Positions 39,694 to 48,998 of a stretch of DNA of 64,000 bases are shown here, piece after piece. Source of the DNA: Terriglobia bacterium (lineage in GTDB: Bacteria > Acidobacteriota > Terriglobia > 20CM-2-55-15); assembly GCA_965198225.1 (NCBI GenBank), contig CBDAOY010000008.1:1-64000 (forward strand), in the 5' to 3' direction. The position numbers and the translations under genes were made by a program. Under the pieces are notes generated by a model. The model saw only the letters and a list, made by a program, of their open reading frames with translations. It was not told the DNA's origin and searched no databases. Every line of letters starts with the position of its first letter. Position 1 is the first letter of the stretch.

Positions 39694-39878
39694 ATTACCA
39701 CGATAGCACGGATGCCATGCTACTCGAAGGGCGTGTTACCGTTGTTCGATGTTCGTCGGTATAACGAATAGGGTTTTATCCGCGGTGCGGGCACGCGAAG
39801 TTTCGAAAAACGGCGAACGGACACACGGATCCAACAGCGGGACGGAGAGGATCTCTGGTTTGAAACCGGCAAACGGAA

Positions 39879-40292
39879 TCATGACGAATCCCAGGTTTGT
39901 GGCGGGAGGATTCGGACAGAAACGAGCGTTCCGATGCCGCAGGACGGGCACGGGCGGGGTTCGGCAATCCACTGGAGGAGCGGTTCTGGACGCGGTTTGC
40001 GTGGTGCCTGTGCTCGAGGCAGAAGCTGGCGGCAGCGGGCGAGGTTGCGAGCTTTGTGGCGGTTGGCCATGAAGCCGAAGTGGCGGATGCGCATCAGACC
40101 ACGTGGGAGCACGTGCAGGAGAAAGCGTCGGATGAACTCGTCGGCGTCCAGGGTCATCGTTTTGAGTCAATCGCCACTTTTGCGGTCGCGATAGAGGAAC
40201 GAGACTCCATCGGGTTCGACGGTTCGGATGCGGTGGTTGGAGATCGCGACTCTGTGGGTGTAGCGAGCCAGGTAGTCCAGGACCGTGTCGCT
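39879..40292 (-). pseudogene. IS91-family transposase, C-terminal remnant
   Basis: 'YLARYTHRVAISNHRI', internal stop at ~40167, 'EFIRRFLLHVLPRG.MRIRHFGF', terminal CPSC. Confidence 0.88.
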
Positions 40293-40425
40293 TCGTAGTG
40301 ACCCAAAACACGCAATTCCGCCACTAGCGATACTTCGGAAAACATCCCGGCACAAGCGGGGGGCTACGTCATCACCCCCAGACTCCCGATGCTTCGGGAC
40401 GGGTTGGTCAGTGAGGAAGCCGCCG

Positions 40426-42111
40426 CTACCCGCTCGAGCGGTTGAGGGCGGGTAGGCTCAGAAGGGTTCCAACCGCCACCACCGCTACGGCTCCGACCAC
40501 ATTGTAGTAGAGGAAGGAAATGTCCGTCGTCTCGCTGACGGCGAACACTGACAGCATTCCCGCCAGCAGTCCAAGGAAGGCGCCGTTCCCGTCGGCCCTC
40601 TTTACCAGGAAGGCCAGAAGGAACACGCCCAAAAGGGACCCGTAAAAGTAAGATCCGACCAGATTGACGGCCTCGATCAGCGAGCCTAACTGACCGGCAA
40701 AGAGCGCAAATCCACTGGCAAGCATCCCCCAGAACAGGGTCGCTATCCGGGAAGCCTTCAGATAGTGTTCAGGAGGAGCCTCCCGTTTGAAGTAACGCCG
40801 ATAAAAATCCACGATCGTGGCACTGGAGAGGGCGGTCAGCTCGGAGTCGAGTGAAGACATGGCGGCCGCGAAGATGACCGCGATCATCAGACCCAGCACG
40901 CCAGCCGGCACGTACTTTATCAGGTAAGAAGGAAAGACGTAATTGACGTCGTTGGAGGATGCCCCACGCACCTCCTCGACCAGCTGCTTGGACTCGCTGC
41001 GCAGATCCGAAAGCTGCTGGTCGTACCCACTGATCTGTTGCCGCAAACCGAGCAGATCTTCCCCGTTGCGACGCGCCGCGAGCAGACTGAGGGTGGCTTC
41101 CTTTCTGAGATCGTGAGTGGCTTCATGTTCCGTATCCAGACGGGCGAACTCCTGGGCACGGGAACTGTCTTCAACCGCGGCCGTCTCGGCTGGATTGAAG
41201 ATCAAAGGAGGCCGTTCAAAGTGATAGAAGACAAACAGCAGGACGCCGATGGCCAGGATGGCGAACTGCATGGGGACCTTCACGAAGGCATTGAAGATCA
41301 GAGCGAGCCGACTCTGCTTCAGAGAGCTTGCTGTGAGATAACGCTGGACCTGGCTCTGATCGCAACCAAAATAAGCCAGCGCGAGAAAGAACCCTCCGAT
41401 CAAACCGGACCACAGCGTGTAGGTGTTGGTCGGATCCCAGGACAGATCGATACTCGACCACATCTGCTGGATTCCTCCGATGTAGACCACGTCCCCCATG
41501 GCCACCTCCGAGGGCAGAGCCCCGAACAGCACCACCAGAGCGACCGCGATCCCTGCAAACATCATCAGCATCTGCAGAACATCGGTCCAGATGACAGCCG
41601 TGATTCCACCCATCACCGTGTAAAGAATGGTCACCGCCCCCATGATCACGATGGTGACGGTCTCGTCCCAACCCATGATCACCGACAGCACCACCGCAGG
41701 GGCGTACAGCACAATTCCGGCCGCCATGCCGCGAGATAACAAGAACAGGAAACTGGTCAGGGACCGCGTCTTGGCATCAAAGCGATTCTCCAGGTATTCA
41801 TAGGCGGTATACACCCTGGCCCGGTAGAAGAAGGGAACAAACAACACACAGAGCAGCACCATCACCAGGGGCTGCGGCAGGTAGACCTGGATGAATTCCA
41901 TTCCACTCTCATAGGCCTGCCCGGTGGTGCCGATGAAGGTGATGGCGCTGGCCTGGGTGGCCATCACGGAAAGACCGATCGCCCCCCAGGGAAGGCGCCG
42001 ATTGGCCAGAAAGAAGCCCTCAACGCCGACGTTTTTCCGGCTCTGAGAGTAGGCAAAGGCCAGCACAGCGCCGAAGTAGATAGCAAAAACGAACCAGTCC
42101 AGGGTACTCAT
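40426..42111 (-). CDS. Sodium:solute symporter
   Basis: 'SVMATQASAITF', 'YEYLENRFD', 'GCDQSQVQRYL', 'AAMSSLDS'; ATG at 42111. Confidence 0.93.
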   Translation of the reverse strand: MSTLDWFVFAIYFGAVLAFAYSQSRKNVGVEGFFLANRRLPWGAIGLSVMATQASAITFIGTTGQAYESGMEFIQVYLPQPLVMVLLCVLFVPFFYRARVYTAYEYLENRFDAKTRSLTSFLFLLSRGMAAGIVLYAPAVVLSVIMGWDETVTIVIMGAVTILYTVMGGITAVIWTDVLQMLMMFAGIAVALVVLFGALPSEVAMGDVVYIGGIQQMWSSIDLSWDPTNTYTLWSGLIGGFFLALAYFGCDQSQVQRYLTASSLKQSRLALIFNAFVKVPMQFAILAIGVLLFVFYHFERPPLIFNPAETAAVEDSSRAQEFARLDTEHEATHDLRKEATLSLLAARRNGEDLLGLRQQISGYDQQLSDLRSESKQLVEEVRGASSNDVNYVFPSYLIKYVPAGVLGLMIAVIFAAAMSSLDSELTALSSATIVDFYRRYFKREAPPEHYLKASRIATLFWGMLASGFALFAGQLGSLIEAVNLVGSYFYGSLLGVFLLAFLVKRADGNGAFLGLLAGMLSVFAVSETTDISFLYYNVVGAVAVVAVGTLLSLPALNRSSG

Positions 42112-42275
42112 GGGGCGCTGTAGTCCAGAAACACCGTAAAGAGATAAAGGAGTCCTATCAGGAGACTGGTGTAGATGACGATGGACCCGTAGAGCCAATT
42201 CCAGCTGGGGAAAAAGCTGATTCGTTCCTCTTCGTCTTCCAGAGTATCGGTCTGGCCGTGCTGATCGTCATTCAC
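42108..42275 (-). CDS. Small single-TM protein upstream of the SSS transporter (55 aa, below the ORF-track cutoff)
   Basis: GTG start; MNDDQHGQTDTLEDEEERISFFPSWNWLYGSIVIYTSLLIGLLYLFTVFLDYSAP; ATGA overlap with the SSS start. Confidence 0.72.
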   Translation of the reverse strand: MNDDQHGQTDTLEDEEERISFFPSWNWLYGSIVIYTSLLIGLLYLFTVFLDYSAP

Positions 42276-42345
42276 GATGGGTGTCCACCGAGCAAGTCAA
42301 TAACAGCGCAAATACCAGTCGTTTCATAGACATGAAGTCTATCAT

Positions 42346-42722
42346 GTGTAGGTGCGGTCTATGACCGCACATTCCGCGGATCGATAAGACTGTGCGGTCA
42401 TAGACAGTCACAGACACACATACACCCACCGTGCAACATCTCTCGCCCCCGGTGTAGGGGCGCTCTATCAAGCTGTGAACGAATACCATTTGTTTGAGAA
42501 TCGGGTGGCGGGGCTTTTCATGAAGAACCTGCGATTCTCAAGTGTAGGTGCGCTCTATGAGCGCACAAATGCCCGCGGGACCACAAGTTGTGCGGTCATA
42601 GACCGCACCTACACGTGAAAAGCCCCGCCACCCGATTTTCCGTTCCCATAATTCGTTCACAGCTTCTATGAGCGCACAGCGTTTCGGCTCGAAGAATGTG
42701 CGGTCACAGACCGCACCTACAC
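42346..42722. repeat. REP cluster with a nested miniature element
   Basis: Several GTAG REP units; 15-bp IR aagctgtgaacgaat / attcgttcacagctt (42470-42665) splits one REP; an intact doublet lies inside at 42542-42614. Confidence 0.82.
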
Positions 42723-43132
42723 CCGTTTGCGGAGTTTGCCAATGCCGGTTATCAAAGCGTAGACCAGCAACGGTTCCCAGGTGAGGCCCCCGATGATGTG
42801 GCCCCAGAAGTGGACATGGACAGGGGCGCCGAGGTTGTAGGGCCATACCTGGAAGATAGTTTCGTTGCCCGACCACCAGGTGTAGCCGAGGCCGACGGAT
42901 TCGACGAGCATGTAGGGAGCGATCAGGGCGTAGGAGACGATGAGGCGCGCGCGGCGCGTGGTTTCTTTCGATGAGAAGAAGACGATAGCAATCAGGACGA
43001 CGGCCGTCATGGAGGCGTAACGCGCCCAATCGGCGAGGTCCGCCCAATCGGCGAGGTGACCGTGAGCGCGAACCGGATCGTGCCGACGGCCAGGATCAGA
43101 GGGATGAAGAGTTTTAGAGGGCTGTAGGGCAT
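42717..43132 (-). pseudogene. Hypothetical membrane protein, frameshifted
   Basis: Hydrophobic N- and C-parts in different frames around tandem cgcccaatcggcgaggt x2 (~43023-43057). Confidence 0.55.
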
Positions 43133-43156
43133 CGGGAAATGGGGTAGAGTACCGGC

Positions 43157-43501
43157 ATGTCGGATTGCCTGTTCTGCAAGATCATCGCCGGGGACATTCC
43201 TGCGAAGAAAGTATACGAAGACCAGGACGTGTTGGCGTTCGAAGATATCAGCCCGAAGGCCCCGACACACGTGCTCGTGATTCCCAAGAAACACATCCCG
43301 ACTTTGAACGACCTGGAGGAAGAGGACAACCCGGTTATGGGTAAGATCTTCCAGGTCGCGAAGCAGATCGCGCGGGAGCAGGGAATCGACCAATCCGGTT
43401 ACCGTACCGTTTTCAACGTGAACGAGTCAGCGGGACAGGCCGTCTTTCACATCCACCTGCACGTATTGGGTGGTCGGGCGTTGACGTGGCCGCCGGGCTA
43501 G
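43157..43501 (+). CDS. hinT: Histidine triad nucleotide-binding protein
   Basis: 'DCLFCKI', 'GQAVFHIHLHVLGGR..WPPG'. Confidence 0.93.
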   Translation: MSDCLFCKIIAGDIPAKKVYEDQDVLAFEDISPKAPTHVLVIPKKHIPTLNDLEEEDNPVMGKIFQVAKQIAREQGIDQSGYRTVFNVNESAGQAVFHIHLHVLGGRALTWPPG

Positions 43502-43613
43502 GAGTCTGCGCGGCAGAACGATTTTGGGTCATTGCGACCACAACATAGTGTCTGTGCGCAGCACTTAGCATCGACATGGAGTACCGAGTTTCTTCTGCCG
43601 CGCAGACTCCTAG
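43498..43613. mobile_element. 116 bp CTAG-flanked MITE, family B
   Basis: Perfect 21-bp IR ctaggagtctgcgcggcagaa / ttctgccgcgcagactcctag. Confidence 0.85.
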
Positions 43614-43749
43614 CAGGACAATCCTGCCGAGGGGGTCGTTCCCGGACGCAGCCCCTTATTGGCTAAATCGCTAGTACACATAAGGATAAGGCCCAGCGAA
43701 CCAGCAGATAACCCTAAAGCCCGGATCGCATCCGGTCGATGCGAACCTT

Positions 43750-44124
43750 ATGGGCACCGATACCCTTGCGGCTATGGACGAGAAGAGACGTTCCGCTCGA
43801 ATCGTGCCGATCGGCCCGAACGAGGATGTCGTCGTGTTGCACGTGGCAGGAGAGCAGCACTTGGCGAAGATTCTCGACCTGAGCGACGGTGGGACTTGCG
43901 TCTACACGGTAGAGCCGGGCTTCCCGCTCGACGTCGGCGAGACCTGCGGCATGTCTCTGTACCACAACAGGAGCGTCCTGGATCTGGACGTCCGGGTCTG
44001 CCGAAAGAACGGACAGGTCGTCGGCCTGGAATTCCATACCCTGTCGGCCGAGGCTAGGGAGCACCTGAGTGCCAAGATCATCCGGCTCGAAGTCGAGTGG
44101 ATGCGTGTAAAGCCCAACGTCTAA
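43750..44124 (+). CDS. PilZ domain protein
   Basis: 'EKRRSAR' and 'DLSDGG' c-di-GMP-binding motifs, 'GLEF'. Confidence 0.82.
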   Translation: MGTDTLAAMDEKRRSARIVPIGPNEDVVVLHVAGEQHLAKILDLSDGGTCVYTVEPGFPLDVGETCGMSLYHNRSVLDLDVRVCRKNGQVVGLEFHTLSAEAREHLSAKIIRLEVEWMRVKPNV

Positions 44125-45251
44125 TATGCCTCCATGAAAAGTTTCTCGAAATCGTCTTCCGTCACCGGCTGCCGGGGATTAGTCGCGTGCGACGGGTCAT
44201 CAAACGCCTTTGCGGCCAGTTGCCCCACGTCGTTGCTGTCCACTCCGTGATTGCGTAGTCCCAGCGTCATCCCGACGTCTTTCAGCAAAGCCCCGACTTC
44301 TGCAACACCATCCACACCACCGAGCGCTTTCCCTACTTCACCATAAAGGCCCGAGTTCTCCGACGCGTTGAAGCGCATCGTGAAAGGCAGGACCAGCCCG
44401 TTGGCCAACCCGTGAGCCGTCCCATAGACGGCCGACAGGGAGTGGGCCATCGAGTGGTTCATCCCCAGGAACTTCTGGTTGTAAACCAGAGCGCCGGTCA
44501 TCGCCGCCAGCATCACGTCGGACCGTGCGTTCAGATTGTCGGGTTTCTCGACGACCGCTCGAAGGCCGTCGCGGAGCAACTCGAGTCCAAACAGCGCCAT
44601 GCGGTCGATCATCGGGTTCAGGACGGTGGATACATATCCTTCCACCAGGTGTGTCAGGGCGTCCACGCCGGTGTTGACCGTGACGGCTGCCGGCAGCTCG
44701 AGAGTCAGTTTGGGATCGACCAACGCGAGATTCGGGATCAGGTACGGACTGCCCAGTGCGAGCTTCATCTTCTGATCGGTGTCGGTAATGACGGAGAAGG
44801 ACGACACCTCCGACCCTGTACCGGCGGTGGTCGGTATAGCAATGAGCGGTGGCAGCCGATCGCCGATCTTGGCCATCCCGCCCTTCCCGCTGTCGTATTG
44901 CGCCATCGGCGGCGGATGCGTTTTCATCAGGCCGATCGCCTTCGCGGTGTCCATCGCGCTGCCGCCGCCAAGCGCCACAATGCCGTCGGCCCCGCAGTCA
45001 TCGCAGACACCCAACCCCGTTTCGACGCCGTTGTCGGTGGGGTTCGCGACGACATCACTGAACACCCGGACGCGGAGCCCGGCCGCGCTGATGTTCGACT
45101 CCAACGACTCCGCGATACCGCAGGCGACCAGTCCCGGATCGGTGACGAGCAGGACCGAACTCATCCCCATCTTCCGGGCTTCCTTCCCGGCCCTTTGCGA
45201 AGCGTCCGGCCCGAAGATCACCCGGTTGGGCAATGTAAAATACGTCAGCAT
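44121..45251 (-). CDS. Iron-containing alcohol dehydrogenase
   Basis: 'GGGSAMDTAK', 'PTTAGTGSE', 'DALTHLVE', 'HSMAH', 'HGLAN'. Confidence 0.92.
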   Translation of the reverse strand: MLTYFTLPNRVIFGPDASQRAGKEARKMGMSSVLLVTDPGLVACGIAESLESNISAAGLRVRVFSDVVANPTDNGVETGLGVCDDCGADGIVALGGGSAMDTAKAIGLMKTHPPPMAQYDSGKGGMAKIGDRLPPLIAIPTTAGTGSEVSSFSVITDTDQKMKLALGSPYLIPNLALVDPKLTLELPAAVTVNTGVDALTHLVEGYVSTVLNPMIDRMALFGLELLRDGLRAVVEKPDNLNARSDVMLAAMTGALVYNQKFLGMNHSMAHSLSAVYGTAHGLANGLVLPFTMRFNASENSGLYGEVGKALGGVDGVAEVGALLKDVGMTLGLRNHGVDSNDVGQLAAKAFDDPSHATNPRQPVTEDDFEKLFMEAY

Positions 45252-45300
45252 CGTTTGACGATTGTATTGGCGGCCGGGGTGAACATCCAGCAGGGACTTT

Positions 45301-45381
45301 TTAACCACGGAGGCGCGGAGGCACGGAGGTTTTTGAAATAAAGATCCGGGAGTCTCCGCGCCTCCGTGTCTCCGTGGTTAA
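45301..45381. repeat. Inverted nonamer-repeat hairpin (CACGGAGGC-type)
   Basis: ttaaccacggaggcgcggaggcacggag ... ctccgcgcctccgtgtctccgtggttaa. Confidence 0.7.
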
Positions 45382-45390
45382 TTCTTCTTC

Positions 45391-46281
45391 TTATTCTTTT
45401 GGCTTTCGGGCTGTAACGTAGAAGTGGTTGGCCAGGACGTGGGCGTCGGGGAGGCGATTGAGCCAGCGGTCCAGGTAGCGGAACGGTGCCGCGATCCAGC
45501 CGAAGCCGCCCATGATCCCTCGATTGACCCAGCGGCGTACGGGATTGGCGCAGTGGACCGGGAACAGCAGCTTCCCGTAGTAGGTCATGAAGGTCAGCAT
45601 CGTAGTCGTCGGTCCGGTACGGATTCCGACCTGGACTTCGGCGAAGTCTCCGAACAGGGAGGCCAGACCCTCGCGCGAGAACCGGGAAAAGTCGGAAGGG
45701 TAGGCGTGGTAGGGATGGCAGAACGGCACAACGGCTTCGACCAGTCCTTCCGGCTTGAGGACGCGGTAGGTTTCCCGGACGACTCCTCCGGGGTCCGCGA
45801 CGTGTTCGAGCAAGGCCAGGCAGGCAACTCGGTCGCACGAGCCTTCAGCAAACGGAAGCCGGCCGGCATTGGCGACGAGGTCCACTCCATAGAAAGGGGA
45901 CAGGTCAATGTTGACGAACCCTCCGGTGTCCAATCCGCCTCCACCCAGCCAGAGATTCATGCCGTGGTCGGCCTCCGGCAGCGGTGGTGCGCCGCTATCG
46001 ACGTAGACCGGCTCTGGAGGGGCCAGAGTTCGAAAGAGACGCGAGCCGAACTCGCGGCCGTGTCGTCGGACGTACTGGTCTTCCATCCGCGCCGTCGAGC
46101 CGCCGTCCAGGGCGCCGCCGAAGAGCTGCCGATCCTCCGGGGTCATCATGATCGGTACGCCGTCGGCGGTTACCTTGTAATCGATGCTGCACGCTGCGCA
46201 TTCCAGTTGCGTATCGTGCAGGTTGAGCGGCCCATGGCATCGAACGCAGCGCAGCTGTTCCTGCCAGTCCGAATCTCTCAT
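45391..46281 (-). CDS. SAM-dependent methyltransferase with N-terminal Trm112-like zinc ribbon
   Basis: 'LRCVRCHGPL...CAAC..Y....GVPIM', 'LLEHVADP', 'LKPEG', 'HAYPSDFSRF'. Confidence 0.82.
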   Translation of the reverse strand: MRDSDWQEQLRCVRCHGPLNLHDTQLECAACSIDYKVTADGVPIMMTPEDRQLFGGALDGGSTARMEDQYVRRHGREFGSRLFRTLAPPEPVYVDSGAPPLPEADHGMNLWLGGGGLDTGGFVNIDLSPFYGVDLVANAGRLPFAEGSCDRVACLALLEHVADPGGVVRETYRVLKPEGLVEAVVPFCHPYHAYPSDFSRFSREGLASLFGDFAEVQVGIRTGPTTTMLTFMTYYGKLLFPVHCANPVRRWVNRGIMGGFGWIAAPFRYLDRWLNRLPDAHVLANHFYVTARKPKE

Positions 46282-47609
46282 CGGAAGGGCCAGAACGCTC
46301 TCGCCGGGCAATCCTCGATTATGCTCGACGCCTTGACGATATGATCCTGTTGTTCGAGGCTCAGAAGGTCGGTCGTTAGTGTTCGAAACTTTAGCTCGAG
46401 TTCGTCCTGGCTGAGCGGATTGCGCGAGTCGCCGCGCGGGTATTCCACCAGCGCCGAGCGTTCGGTCCCGTCGCGGCCTCGGAGAGTCACCCGGGCTGGC
46501 CATTTTCCCGGGTAGTTCTCACCCAGCGATTCATCCTTCACGACTTCGATGTTCGGCATCAGGGCCCGGATGTCGTTCGCGTTCACGTCCTCGAAGTCCG
46601 TCAGGCCGGCGTGTCCTCGCGACAATGCGGTCGCCACGGTGAACGGGAGAGAAAACTTCGCAGAGTAGGCCGTCGTGGGCTCCACGCCGTCGAGCAGGTC
46701 GCAGGCAGCCGGGTATAGAGCGACCGTGACGCGTTCGATTTCCTCCGGTCCGACACCGTCTCCGCGAACTTCGAGCACGGCATCTATGGCGGAGTGGGTG
46801 TGCCGGCAGGCCGCGTGTTTCTTGAATGAGTTGCCCGTCATGCGGAACTCCGACCCCAACCCGCGGGTCAGCAATTCAGGTTGCGGCTCAGCAGACATCG
46901 CATCCAGGAAGCCTTTCGGTCCCTCGAAGATCCGTCGCGCCGCCGTGAACCCCCGCTTTGCCAGCTCCGCGGCCACGACGCCGTCAGCGGCCGCATGGGC
47001 CGGGTGAAGCTGCTTGCTCATCGCACCGTCTTCGAGGAATACCCAGAGGCCGGCCGCCTGCGTACCCGCCGATCCCAGGGCGTGGATGATCTGCTCGGGT
47101 TCCAGCTTCAGCAGCTTCGCCGCTGCCACGGCGGCGCCAAACGTGCCGCACGTTGCAGTCGTGTGCCAGTAATCGTAGTGGGTTCGGCCGGCGGCTTCAC
47201 CGGCGCGGATCGCGATTTCGTAACCGACGACGATGGCCTCGATCAGCTCGACACCCGAGCTGTCGAGCGCTTCTCCCATCGCAAGGGCGGCCGGGATCAC
47301 CGCCGCCGCGGGGTGAAGGACCGATGCGGGATGGAGGTCGTCCATCTCCATCGTGTGGGATGCGGCGGCGTTGATGCGGGCTGCCCAGGTTACCGATGTC
47401 TTCCAGCCGTCGGGCAGAGCCGTCGCGCGCGCCCGTCCTCCCTCTTCGCGTGCAAGACCCGTAAGCATGCGGGCTGGAGGTTCGACGGAACCGCGGATGG
47501 CGGAGCCGGCCCAGTCCAGCAGACTCTGACTCACCATCGTCAACACTTCGGGCCGGAGGTGGGCAATCCGGGTAGACTTGACGAACGCCGCCAGCTCTTC
47601 TGAGATCAC
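46278..47609 (-). CDS. MmgE/PrpD family protein
   Basis: 'SHTMEMDDLH..VLHP', 'WHTTATCG', 'FKKHAACRHTH', 'AKFSLPF', 'PRGD..NPLS'. Confidence 0.92.
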   Translation of the reverse strand: MISEELAAFVKSTRIAHLRPEVLTMVSQSLLDWAGSAIRGSVEPPARMLTGLAREEGGRARATALPDGWKTSVTWAARINAAASHTMEMDDLHPASVLHPAAAVIPAALAMGEALDSSGVELIEAIVVGYEIAIRAGEAAGRTHYDYWHTTATCGTFGAAVAAAKLLKLEPEQIIHALGSAGTQAAGLWVFLEDGAMSKQLHPAHAAADGVVAAELAKRGFTAARRIFEGPKGFLDAMSAEPQPELLTRGLGSEFRMTGNSFKKHAACRHTHSAIDAVLEVRGDGVGPEEIERVTVALYPAACDLLDGVEPTTAYSAKFSLPFTVATALSRGHAGLTDFEDVNANDIRALMPNIEVVKDESLGENYPGKWPARVTLRGRDGTERSALVEYPRGDSRNPLSQDELELKFRTLTTDLLSLEQQDHIVKASSIIEDCPARAFWPFR

Positions 47610-48367
47610 GATGAGTGCCCCCGCTTGAATGAGTCCGGTACGTCCCGCTCGGCCGGTCCATCGTAAGTCGCGTCATCGAGGTTGATTGCCCGGAAGGGAC
47701 GCTCTCGGGTTGTTTCCTCGACGTGGTGGGCGGCGAGCCCGACCGACCGCGAGATGACAAAGAACGCCTTCCCGTACTGCCACCCGATGCCCAGGTCCGA
47801 GATGATGCCCGATATCGCGCCGTCTACGTTCAAGGGCTTTCCCAGCTCGTCGGCAATCTCTTCGGCCAGCTTGACGTGCGCACCGTCCAGGCTCCACTCC
47901 CGCGCTTTCTCCACCAACTTCACGGTGCGGGGGTCGCGGTCGTGAAGGGGATGGCCATAACCGGGTACGCGCAGCTTCCGGCTCTTGTGGTCGGCGACGA
48001 TCGATCGGGCCGTGTGACCGTTCTCGGAAGCTTCCTGCAGCAGTCGGGCGCACTGTTCGACGGCGCCTCCGTGATGTTCGCCCAGCGAAATGAGGCCCGC
48101 CGCAACCGAGGCCTGCAGCGGCACGCCACCCGAGGCGACGAACCGTGTGGCGTCCACCGATGGCGCCAGGAAGAAATGGTCGGTGCTGGAGACGACGATG
48201 GTTTCCAGCATCCGGCCTTCGTTTCCGGCCGGAAGCTCTCCCGTGAATGTGAGGTAGATGACATCGCCGAACGAACAGTGCTCCATCAGGTCGTCGACCC
48301 GGTATCCTCGGACAAGGATCTTGTTTTGAGTAACCTTCGAAAGTGAAGTTTTCCAGAACGTGGACAT
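47606..48367 (-). CDS. Citryl-CoA lyase / citrate-synthase-like protein
   Basis: 'WKTSLS', 'VRGY', 'TDH', 'HHGGA', 'VPGYGHPLH..DPR', 'LNVDG'. Confidence 0.85.
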   Translation of the reverse strand: MSTFWKTSLSKVTQNKILVRGYRVDDLMEHCSFGDVIYLTFTGELPAGNEGRMLETIVVSSTDHFFLAPSVDATRFVASGGVPLQASVAAGLISLGEHHGGAVEQCARLLQEASENGHTARSIVADHKSRKLRVPGYGHPLHDRDPRTVKLVEKAREWSLDGAHVKLAEEIADELGKPLNVDGAISGIISDLGIGWQYGKAFFVISRSVGLAAHHVEETTRERPFRAINLDDATYDGPAERDVPDSFKRGHSS

Positions 48368-48387
48368 GCTTCTTCTATCCTCTTCTT

Positions 48388-48936
48388 TCATTCGTCAGAG
48401 GCCTGATTCCTGGTCTGTGACCGGTAGATCTGCCGCATGCGCAGGAAGAACCGCTGGTAGTCGGTGCTCTTGTAATCCGGATACGTCCAGGGGAAGAAAT
48501 GGTAGTTGTTGTTCTTGAAGTGCATGGTCACTTCGGCAAAGATCCCATTTCCCATATAGACCCTGTGATAGAAATTCTTCGTCGAAGCCAGGACGACCTT
48601 GCTGAGTTCGATGTAACCGGGGTCGATGTTGATGGGGCGCGCGATGTCGCCTGCGGCTCCGCGGGCGTCTTCCTCCATGCGGTTTGTCATTCGCTTCAGG
48701 GCCGGGAGGTCGTCGGCCTCGATCAGCCTCTCGAACGACAGGAAGACGCGGTCGATGATGTCGCCCATTTCGGCGGCGTAGTAGTCTGTGAACTCGAAGG
48801 GCAGGATGCCGCTCCGGTGATCGATCGGTCCGAATTCGGCGACGAGCCGCGGTTCCAACTCGTCGAGAAGCCCGGGATCTGCCAGTAGCAATCCCGCAAA
48901 CGGCTTGACGGGGTTGAACGACCGGATTGCGCCCAT
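48388..48936 (-). CDS. DUF4416 family protein
   Basis: 'FTDYYAAEMG', 'RPINIDPGY', 'LASTKNFYHRVY', 'PWTYPDY'. Confidence 0.85.
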   Translation of the reverse strand: MGAIRSFNPVKPFAGLLLADPGLLDELEPRLVAEFGPIDHRSGILPFEFTDYYAAEMGDIIDRVFLSFERLIEADDLPALKRMTNRMEEDARGAAGDIARPINIDPGYIELSKVVLASTKNFYHRVYMGNGIFAEVTMHFKNNNYHFFPWTYPDYKSTDYQRFFLRMRQIYRSQTRNQASDE

Positions 48937-48998
48937 TGTCGAAGTTCCTCGCACCCGCCCCTTGGATGGACCGGCGAGCGACTAATATAACGGTAGTC

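Noticed and set aside
42346-42722. Repeated ~25-bp palindromic units as a CRISPR array
   Set aside because: Units alternate in orientation, spacing is irregular, identical units are scattered across the window, and no cas genes are present; they are REPs.
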